Below, piece by piece: positions 53,125 through 64,000 of a stretch of DNA of 64,000 bases. The stretch's first letter is position 1. Each line of letters begins with the position of its first letter. Position numbers and translations under genes: made by a program. This DNA is from Eledone cirrhosa. Lineage: Eukaryota. The notes beneath the pieces are model-generated. The model made no database searches. It was not told the DNA's origin and worked only from the letters and a program-made list of their open reading frames with translations. The stretch is taken from assembly GCA_964016885.1 (NCBI GenBank), contig OZ024748.1:4960001-5024000 (forward strand), read 5' to 3'.

Positions 53125-53430
53125 TGTCTGTGTGTGAATGTAGAGGTGTGTGTGTGTGTGAATGTAGAGGTGTCTGTGTGTGAATGTAGAGGTGTGTGTG
53201 TGTGTGAATGTAGAGGTGTCTGTGTGTGAATGTAGAGGTGTGTGTGTGTGTGAATGTAGAGGTGTGTGTGTGTGAATGTAGAATTGTGTGTGTGTGTGAA
53301 TGTAGAGGTGTGTGTGTGTGAATGTAGAGGTGTGTGTGTGTGAATGTAGAGGTGTGTGTGTGTGAATGTAGAGGTGTGTGTGTGTGTGAATGAGGAGGTC
53401 TGTGTGTGTGTGTGTGTGTGTGAATGTGGA
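53125..53430. repeat. (GT)n-GAATGTAGAG minisatellite
   Basis: About 13 units of 20-24 bp. Confidence 0.9.
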
Positions 53431-53781
53431 GTTCATGTCTGTGGCGGTTTGGATGAATGTAATAATGTTTGTTGTGATTGCAACTGAGTTAGAATGGAGG
53501 AGTGTTGTTTATATGAGTTACATCATTGTGTGGTGATAGAAGCATGTAAATCTATCTAAGTGCCACTGCGTCACAGTGTATACTTACACTGTGTACATAT
53601 GCCGCGGTGTTTATTCACTTGTGTGTGTATGTGCATGTGTCTCTGCGTGTGTTTGTTTCTGTTTCATGCAATTTTATGTTGCTTTTTGTTTATGCAAAAT
53701 TGTGAGTAAATTATAAACATACTCAAAATTTCAGGAAGTAACATATAATATAAATTTATACGCACTTACACACACACACAT

Positions 53782-53845
<64 letters not shown>

Positions 53846-54009
53846 GTGTGTGTGTGTGTGTACAGACAGACACACATATCTCTATCTATCTGTATTAATC
53901 TATAGAGAGAGTAATTGAATTTCATGTTTATATATATATATATATATATAAGCAAATGAATCAGTGAAGGAATGAGTTACAAGCCATTAAAACATTTCCT
54001 TATATAGCT

Positions 54010-54046
54010 CATATATGTGTTTCGCCCAGAGGGGCTCGTCGGAGAC
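54010..54046 (-). ncRNA. Degenerate HHR motif (core CCGACGA)
   Basis: Minus strand CCGACGA-GCCC-CTCT-GGGC-GAAAC; perfect stem II; stems I/III unclear; TA-flanked island. Confidence 0.5.
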
Positions 54047-54169
54047 GGTAGTTTCAACGGCTAGAACCCTAGGACCTTGATTACAAATCGTTGAGAGGAT
54101 ATCACAACTTCACATCGCCATCAATCCTGATTTAAGATGGTAAACGCATTGCCGCCGATGAAAGGGATG

Positions 54170-54215
<46 letters not shown>

Positions 54216-54616
54216 GAATAATTAAAAGTGGAGATATCAACGAATATTTTAACAATGTTTATTTAAGCTCAATGCGTTATTCAGGTCAAATCATGGTGGA
54301 ATCAAGGTCCAGGTTATAAACCAGGAGTTGATGATATTGGTAAATGAAGACAATGGAACTCACAGAACATAAATAATCAATTCAGAATGGATAACAAGGT
54401 TGTTATTCAGTTAAAATTATGTATAGATCAATTAATCTCCATTTCTTGACGAGATGAGAGGAGGTACCATATAAATGTTTGGTTGGTTGATTAATTCATA
54501 CTTTTGATTGGATTAATATATTTGTCCGTATTGAAACAATCGTAGAAATAAATTTCCACTGTGTAATGACCTTTCTATTCCTTCTGATTATATATATATA
54601 TGTGTGTGTGTGAGAT

Positions 54617-54699
<83 letters not shown>

Positions 54700-54714
54700 T
54701 AGAGAGAGTTCCAT

Positions 54715-54847
54715 GTCCAATCGGGGGTAACCACAGTTATTAAGGTACTCAATATAGTAGTAGAGTGTAAACATCTTGTTTACTATAGAAATGGCTTCTG
54801 AGGATTTCTTTTGAATAAACAGTTCTAGTTCTGTAGACGCCATTTCT
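54715..54847. mobile_element. Family-B fold-back remnant
   Basis: CTGAGGATTTCTTTTGAAT-AAACAGTTCTAGTTCTGTAG (G of GAAA lost); inverted tail AGGTACTCAATA..GTAGAGTGTA. Confidence 0.7.
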
Positions 54848-54877
54848 CTCTCTATATATATACATACACACATACAC

Positions 54878-54908
<31 letters not shown>

Positions 54909-54958
54909 AGAAGAAATTAAAAGTTGGTTAGAAAAGTATGTATGTTTCTGAACGCATT

Positions 54959-55031
<73 letters not shown>

Positions 55032-55089
55032 GCATAAGGTGAAACATTTGTTCTCAGTAATGAGAACTAACTGTCGTGGAACTACTTCT

Positions 55090-55125
<36 letters not shown>

Positions 55126-55521
55126 AATGACTCACTCTCTATCTGTATATATATATATATATATAATTAATTTATATATGTATATATGTGTACGTCAGTA
55201 TGTATATATGTACGTATGTCCATATATGTATGTTTGTATACACATTTATGTATGTATTAAAATTGAAACCCTCCGGTTAATAGTGTTTGTTTATTGGGTT
55301 ATGTTGTTTTTTTTGCAATGGAACGAAACATTGTGGATATTTGGAAGGGGGATAGAAAAGGAGGGAAATAAGCACCGCAAGATAATCTAAATCAGAAAAC
55401 CATTAATACTCTCAACACTTGTTCTCATGTCACAATCTTGTTTTCGAGTTAGCTACTTTTTTTCGAACCCAATATATTTAATCAGAGCTTGCTACTCTAG
55501 TCTCTCTCACACACACACACA

Positions 55522-55618
<97 letters not shown>

Positions 55619-55715
55619 TCACACTATCTATCACTCTCTTTCTCCTTCCCTCTCTCTCCCACTCTTCCGCCTACTAATCTCACTACACATATAGAGAATA
55701 TCCGAATTTCAAACT

Positions 55716-55826
<111 letters not shown>

Positions 55827-56114
55827 ACCGCAACTTTCTCCCAACTCCTCTGTTTTACTATGTATTAAACTCTACTAAACACTCTCCCACACACATACAC
55901 GTACAAACATACACACGTACAAACACATACTCACACAATGTTACAATTTCCTTTCGGTATTCTCCCGTCTTGGTTTTCATTTCCAAATAACAACAAAATT
56001 GTTGACATTCGGACTATTATATAGAATTTTCTCTTCTGTTTAATCGAAATTTCTTTTGGCAAGGAGCTTCTGTTATCTTATAAGTTACACACACTAGCCG
56101 CACCATATGTATAC

Positions 56115-56160
<46 letters not shown>

Positions 56161-56203
56161 TTATATATATATATATAATGTGTATATATATATATATATA
56201 CAC

Positions 56204-56345
<142 letters not shown>

Positions 56346-56407
56346 ATGTAAAAGGTAAACAGAAATAACAACACAATTGGTATATTTTAGGTTAACGCTT
56401 GAATGTT

Positions 56408-56603
56408 TAATATATGATTGGGTTCTACAGGACTAGAACTGTTTCATTCAAAAGAGATCATCAGGCTTTCCTGGTGATTATTTTTTATGAAAGGGTTCTA
56501 GTCCTGTAGAAGCAATTTCTATATTAAACATGATGTTTACACTCTACTAATGTATTGAGTACCTTATTTACTGTGTTCACTACCGACTGAACCCGGGACT
56601 CAC
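56408..56603. mobile_element. Family-B fold-back element with HHR cores on both arms
   Basis: Minus CTGATGA..GAAACAGTTCTAGTCCTGTAGAA (56423-56464); plus CTGGTGA..GAAA; tail TACACTCTACTAATGTATTGAGTACC. Confidence 0.75.
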
Positions 56604-56688
<85 letters not shown>

Positions 56689-56769
56689 GAAACAACTAAG
56701 CATACAACGCTGTACAATGAACAATGAAGAAATATATAAGTTTAACGCTCGATATAGTAGAAAATTTAT

Positions 56770-56803
56770 TTTTACGTTTCGCACATTGTATCTTCATCAG
56801 AAG
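56770..56803 (-). ncRNA. Minimal HHR motif in a TA-flanked island (fragment also at 58083-58130)
   Basis: Minus ctt-CTGATGA-agatacaatgtgc-GAAA-CG-TA-aaa (aag in the 58.1-kb copy, completing stem I); stem II is weak. Confidence 0.55.
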
Positions 56804-56908
56804 ATACAATGAGAAATACGCGATGAAATAAAAATATAGACAGTGAGAAGAGGAAGAAACGGAAACACGTTTTGAGTTTGAGAAGAGACACGTATGTTAC
56901 ACACACAC

Positions 56909-56963
<55 letters not shown>

Positions 56964-57062
56964 TATACGATATAATGTAATATAATGTATCGGTGTGTGC
57001 ATGAATATACAAGCATATGCCTAGGATTTGATTTACAGGCCAGAAAAAAATGTAGTTATTAT

Positions 57063-57226
57063 TAGCAATATCAGTGGAGGGTCGGACGCCATACTTTTCA
57101 GCCAAGAGTTACGGCGCTTTACGGTCTGAGTTCAAATCCCGTCGAGATTAACTTTGCCTTTCATCCTTACGGGGTCGATAAATGCACTGAGATAACTGCT
57201 GGCCTTGTGCCAAATATAGAAACAAT
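57063..57226 (+). mobile_element. Main-family SINE
   Basis: GGTCGGACGCCAT, B-box, core and tail. Confidence 0.8.
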
Positions 57227-57642
57227 TATTAAAGTAGAGTATAAGTATTTTTTTATTGTTGCATTGAGAGTATCCTTAGTTCCTAATCTGAAAAATAAAA
57301 GTCCCATACTCAAGGGCACAATGCCCTTCATGTGTCCGGGAAACCTAATCACAAGGGCACGGAATGTTTATATAAGAAAATGTTATTTATTTAATCCGTC
57401 ACTCTGGAGAATCCACCCTACATCGTGTTCCGTTGATATCTGTTTATATAACGAAATGATGTTTCATTTCCATGAATGTCGTTATTTTGTAACATTTGTT
57501 TTCGTTCAATTTCAAAGACAATATCTTTGAGATCGAATTTCTGTTGTTACAGTCTGAAATATCACTAATTATAAATTGTCTCATACGAAATATCGTGAAG
57601 AGGTTCATGCAGACGACCAAACGTTGACACAAGTACACACAC

Positions 57643-57729
<87 letters not shown>

Positions 57730-57833
57730 GATATATCGTTTTAGCATATAATTATCTACAGTAAAGTTGACAAAACAAATAACTATGATATATACCGAGT
57801 TTAATTAAATAAGTTAAATATAAACAAACACAA

Positions 57834-57915
<82 letters not shown>

Positions 57916-57998
57916 CCCTCTCACTCTGTATCTCTTTCTCAGAACAAAATAGCTTTTTGTTTCCAGCCAAGTCCACGCCTAAATATATATATATTTTC

Positions 57999-58050
<52 letters not shown>

Positions 58051-58764
58051 CAAAATAACAGAATATTATGAGAAAATATATTAGTTTAACGCTTGGTATA
58101 GTAGGAAAAGTCACTTTACGTTTCGCACACTACTCCTACATCATATTATAGAAGGAGGAATAGAGGTTGTATTTCATAACTATGACAATCTAGGGGAATA
58201 TTTGCCCATCTTAATTTTATCCTCATCATACATTCTCTCTTTCTATGCCTTTGATACTTTAAAGAGAAACTCTAATTCGCTGATAAATAGCAGAGATATA
58301 TATTATTTAATCTGTCAGGCATTCTATTAGATAATATCTACAACAGTTATGGGAAAACTGCGAACCGTTTGGCTTTTTGAATGGCACACCAAATTGTTAA
58401 ATTGTCTTGAGGTCTTTAGTAGTGCAGCTTGCTTTATGATGAGCCAATTCCTATGCGGTCTACAGGTCCACAACTCGAAAAAGGTTGCCTATGCTTGGTA
58501 TAGTTATTATATGATAATTACTGACAGTCAATTTTAAATTGTTTCAATTGCAAAAAGACATCGAAACAGTTTAAGCGTGATCGTATAAATAATAAACATG
58601 TTTATTTATGTGTGTATATAAATATTGGAAATCAACAGAAGTGGATATAGTACTTATTCATTATAAAGTGAATTAATACTCAATCTGTTAGGCCCGTATG
58701 GAAAACACAACAGAATACTTCAATTTAGGTGAAAAACTCATTATAGAGTTCAAATCATTTATTC

Positions 58765-58885
58765 ATTTCTACGATCGTTTCGATATTTTGAAATGGAATT
58801 GTAGTAATCTGTAACAATTTGCGCTTAAGCAAATAATTATTTCGACAAATATGGCAGTTACATTTTTAAAATCTCACCAGGAAAT
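58765..58885 (-). ncRNA. Degenerate HHR with a ~90-nt stem II
   Basis: Minus ATTTC-CTGGTGA-GATTTTAAAAATG...CATTTCAAAATATC-GAAA-CGATCG-TA-GAAAT; 5-bp stem I, palindromic stem III, A6G core change. Confidence 0.6.
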
Positions 58886-59183
58886 AAAATGTTATACTTC
58901 AGGAATATTTATCCAATTATCAAGTAGGTAGGCGATGATAAGTAATTACAGAAATAAAAGTTTACAGAGTTCCAAAAGCAAATAAAAGGCGTGTATAAAT
59001 AAGGCTGAGGAGAGCATTAATATTACTCATTATAGCACTGTTATCTTAAGATGTATAGAAGAGCTAGCTATATATAAAGTATATAAGTCCACATTCTGTA
59101 ATTATTGTCCATGTGTTCAACTTCAAGTATAATGTACTTATACATATAAAGAAATAAAGTTAATCTAATATATATATAAAACC

Positions 59184-59270
<87 letters not shown>

Positions 59271-59280
59271 GAGAGAGAGA

Positions 59281-59324
<44 letters not shown>

Positions 59325-59718
59325 TACGTTTGTATGTAAAGACAAATAAAAAATAAAAATATAATAAAAATATCAAATAAAAAATAATCAACACCACACA
59401 CATTCACATACATACATACATACACATGCATACATACACATTAATAAAAGTATACAAAATAAAATACTCTATGGTTAGCTGGGAGACCAGACTTGCATTT
59501 TAATGAAAACAAATGTATTTGGCCTTCTGTAATATAATATTATTATTTTGTTGTATAATATATCTACCTACTAAATACTTCTTTATACTTCTACAAACTT
59601 CTGTTATTCATGTTGTGATGTTGTGTGGTGTTTTTTTTCCCCTTTATTTGTGCATTTAATATGGATGTAGGTGTTTATATGTTTGTATGTATGTATGTAT
59701 ATAATATGTGGTTGTGTG

Positions 59719-59790
<72 letters not shown>

Positions 59791-59792
<2 letters not shown>

Positions 59793-60175
59793 GGCACAAA
59801 TAAGACCCCGACGGCTGAGCTCAAGCCGTTTCGACGGCTTGAGCTCAGCCGTCGGGGTCTTATTTGTTCCTATTACCCACTCTACTACCCTAAGTATTGA
59901 GTACTTTGGTGCGTTATGGTCCACCTGGTTCCTTACCACATTTCCTTCGTTATATATATATATATATATATATATACAACAAAGGAATTGTGGTAAGGAA
60001 CCAGATGGACCATAACGCACCAAAGTACTCAATACTTAGGGTAGTAGAGTGGGTAATAGGAACAAATAAGACCCCGACGGTAGAGCTCAAGCCGTTTTGA
60101 TGGCTATTTCTGAACTATTTAGTCCAGAAATAGCCGTCGAAACGGCTTGAGCGCTCCCGTCGGGGTCATACTTTT

Positions 60176-60180
<5 letters not shown>
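59791..60180. mobile_element. Two family-A fold-back elements, tail-to-tail across a (TA)n spacer
   Basis: 59791-59951 and 59977-60180; the tails are mutually inverted. Confidence 0.85.
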
Positions 60181-60250
<70 letters not shown>

Positions 60251-60287
60251 TATATATACACACACACACATATATATACACACACAC

Positions 60288-60344
<57 letters not shown>

Positions 60345-60369
60345 CATTTATAAATATATATATATATAC

Positions 60370-60448
<79 letters not shown>

Positions 60449-60876
60449 TATACATATATAAATATATGTATGTGAAAAAATACAAATACACACACACAAA
60501 TATATATATATGTTTATATGAATGTGCGTCTATCTCTCTCTCTATATATATATACCTATACACACACACTCAGACGTACATTCAGATAAATAGGGACACC
60601 AACAGCATCAAGTATATTAAGGATAACAACGATAATTTATAATGAAGAGACAGAAAATGGCGAAGATAGGGGAGTAGAAGTGGGAGTAGTAGCAGCAGGG
60701 AAGTTGGAGAAGGTGTTGTTCTTATTTCTGAGAGTAAATTAAGAGCCAGTAACTTCTTGTTAATTTAACTTGATGGCAGATGTAATGGGATATTTTGATA
60801 TTTTGGATGGACCTAGAAGTTATACACACACACATGGACACACACACACGGACACACACATACACACATATATATT

Positions 60877-60929
<53 letters not shown>

Positions 60930-60999
60930 TATATGTATATATTTGTATGTGTATGCATATATATATATTTATATATATATATATATATATATGCATGTA

Positions 61000-61039
<40 letters not shown>

Positions 61040-61069
61040 TATATATACATATATATATATACATGCACA

Positions 61070-61111
<42 letters not shown>

Positions 61112-61238
61112 GTATATATATATGTATATATATATGTATGTAAATATAAAAATATATATATATGCATATATATCTATGTATATATAAATATATATATATA
61201 TATATGCATATATATGTATGTATATGTGTATATATATA

Positions 61239-61296
<58 letters not shown>

Positions 61297-61679
61297 GATA
61301 TATATGTACACAGCGAGGTTAGTATTAAGAGACAAAAATAAAAATTGTAAGAGAGAACGAGAGAAACTCATAAATATTACGTTGGAAGTTAAGATTACTC
61401 AACACATCAAACATAATAAACCGTTATCATACCATATTATAATACATTACATATTAAAGTATATACTATTACTTAATTGTGCTGAGTTGGCAGAGTTGTT
61501 AGAGGGTCAGACAATGTCTTAGTAGTATTTGTAAGATCTTCTTACGTTCTGAATTCAAATCTCGCCGAGTCCAACTTGGCCTTTGAACATTAATACTGGG
61601 TTCGGTATAATAGACTTTCCTGTTTTATTTTGTTTTGTTTTTTTTTAAGAGTCACAAACATTTATTTACAATAGTTTAT

Positions 61680-61811
61680 AACTTTGTCTATTAATCCGTA
61701 TGGTGAACCAATGGGGTCCCACGTGCTGGCCTCCCCACAGCCCCGGCGGACAGGATAGAGAAGGCGTTTCCCCGGAGGATGGTAAGGGAGATGCGCTGGA
61801 AGAGCCATTCC
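61680..61811 (-). mobile_element. Second CRE-like 3' remnant
   Basis: FQRISLTILRGNAFSILSAG, with the same 3' UTR (CGGATTAATAGACAAA) as the 40.2-kb copy. Confidence 0.8.
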
Positions 61812-61854
61812 TAATATTTGTGTTCTTGTGCACAAACTAGAAATCGTTATATAA

Positions 61855-62186
61855 GGGCAGTGGATTGGCAGTATCGGTAGAGGGTCGGACGCCATGCTTT
61901 GCAGCAAAGAGTTACGGCCCTTTATGGTCTGAGTTCAAATCCCGCCGAGAACTTTTACCCTTCATCCTTACCCTTACGGGATCGATACAATAAAGTACCA
62001 GTAATAGACTGGGATAATTGCTGGCCTTGTGCCAAAAGTAGAAATAATTATACAAGGGAGGTGTTGTATTGGCAGTATCCTTAGAACGTCAGACATTTAC
62101 GTTCTGAGTTCAAATCCCACCGAGGTTAACTTTGCCTTTCATCCTTACGGGGATAATTGCTGGCCTTGAGCCCAAAGTAGAAACAA
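61855..62186 (+). mobile_element. Two tandem main-family SINEs
   Basis: GTGGATTGGCAGTATCGGTAGAGGGTCGGACGCC, B-boxes and tails. Confidence 0.85.
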
Positions 62187-62267
62187 TTATATTTTATTAT
62201 CTTATATTATATTAAATAACCCCGTGTACATAGGTGTCAAAACTATGTTTACGTCTATATTGAGTTT

Positions 62268-62715
62268 GACCACCACCATCATCACCATCGCTACCAGCAC
62301 TAACACCACCACCACCACCACCATCATCACCATCGCTACCAGCACTAACACCACCACCACCACCACCACCATCATCACCATCACTACCACCACTAACACC
62401 ACCACCACCACCACCATCATCACCATCACTACCACCACTAACACCACCATCGCTACCACCACTAACACCACCATCATCACCATCGCTACCACCACTAACA
62501 CCACCACCACCACCATCATCACCATCGCTACCAGCACTAACACCACCACCACCACCATCATCACCATCGCTACCAGCACTAACACCACCACCACCACCAC
62601 CATCATCACCATCGCTACCAGCACTAACACCACCACCACCACCACCATCATCACCATCTCTACCACCACCACCACCACCACCACCACCATCATCACCATC
62701 GTTACCACCACTGCT
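62268..62715. repeat. (ACC)-derived 36-42-bp minisatellite
   Basis: Unit (ACC)nATCATCACCATCGCTACCAGCACTAAC. Confidence 0.9.
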
Positions 62716-63080
62716 ACCAACAGAGCTGACATGGAGTTATTTTCCTTCGCCACCATCATCGCAAACATTACTACCAGCATGTTTTTACATGAGGGCAATG
62801 ATACACTGGCAGTCAAATCTCCATTTATATCCAACATGGAGTTAAGGATATTAGCTGCTTCACCCCTACAAACATCAAATGTTCGTTTTCGAATATCTAA
62901 TTCTGTATTCGAGTCCTGGATGAGAAGCCTAGAAACAACACGTTTATATTTCAAATCAGTTCACAGCTATTGTTGGGAGGCGAAGGTCAAGGCTGGACTC
63001 AAAAGAAGAAAAAGAATATTGAAAATAACAATTGTTTTAATTTCAAACAGTTCAGATGGCTTCGAAGTGTGGGGTGGAGT

Positions 63081-63143
<63 letters not shown>

Positions 63144-63185
63144 AAGTAGTGGTGGTAGTAGTAGTAAGTAGTAGTAGAAGTAGTA

Positions 63186-63246
<61 letters not shown>

Positions 63247-63260
63247 AAGTAGTAGTGGCG

Positions 63261-63317
<57 letters not shown>

Positions 63318-63412
63318 AGTAGTAGTAGAAGTAGTAGTGGTAGTAGTGGTAGTACTAGTAAGTAGTAGTAGAAGTAGTAGTGGTAGTAGTGGTAGTGGTA
63401 GTAGTAGTGGTG

Positions 63413-63471
<59 letters not shown>

Positions 63472-64000
63472 GGTGGTGGTGGTGGTGGTGGTGGTGGTGG
63501 TAGTAGTAGTAGTCGTAGTAGTAGTAGTAGCTGCCTTGAAATGTTGAATATCAGGTGAAAAAAGAACCGACATCAAAGAAACAGATGTGTGAAGGTGTTT
63601 ACATGTTGTTGTTGTTGTAAGTCGGCTCTGCTTATGATCAAAGGGTTTCTAATCATGTCCATCACGCCATTCGTTGAAACATTGTGTAACCCACCCGATT
63701 AAATTCCCAAGTGTGTCCCGTCTCTAAATCTGAAGGGTGTGCTTGATAGAGATTTGGCAGTGATTTCTAGCAACTTCAGTGGTTAACATTGCCCTTCATC
63801 CTCTGGGCTGCGATAAATGGTTGTATTGGTCTAGGACGGTGATTTGGGGAATAGTCAGACCGTCGGATTTCAGAGTGTGGGACTTCTAGTTCCCTGCGGT
63901 CAGAGGTCAAATTACACTAAGAGTAACTTTCTATTTCATCCTTTGAAAGGGCGGTTAATAAAGTACTCTCCTAGGTTGGGGAGTTGGACGACACCAAATG

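Noticed and set aside
62800-62960. Minus-strand KY...DIRKR resembling an RTE RT C-terminus
   Set aside because: Key YLG motif is not in frame; similarity is marginal.

Overview
Eukaryotic, very AT-rich, microsatellite-saturated genomic DNA, most likely from an octopus/coleoid cephalopod. This is inferred from the SINE families, the (TA)n density and a lophotrochozoan-type Hox5 peptide. The only host coding sequence I can support is the homeobox exon of Scr/Hox5 on the minus strand (29054-29331). Its hexapeptide exon was not found, so the intron probably exceeds 34 kb. The window opens with a near-complete L1/Tx1-type LINE (~1-5680): ORF2 is intact but lacks an AUG, and ORF1 is split across two overlapping frames. 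Also present are two 5'-truncated Tx1 relatives, two CRE-type retrotransposon 3' remnants, about 20 tRNA-derived SINEs, MITE-like pieces and several satellites. The strongest hidden signal is that many short islands between (TA)n tracts are fold-back, hammerhead-ribozyme (HHR)-bearing Penelope-like element ends from roughly ten distinct families. They include an abundant family with a U3-A8 variant catalytic core, HHRs with very long stem II inserts, and a 3'-tail motif shared between families. Almost all other ORFs in the track are microsatellite artefacts. All structures were read by eye and none were folded computationally; repeat boundaries are approximate.
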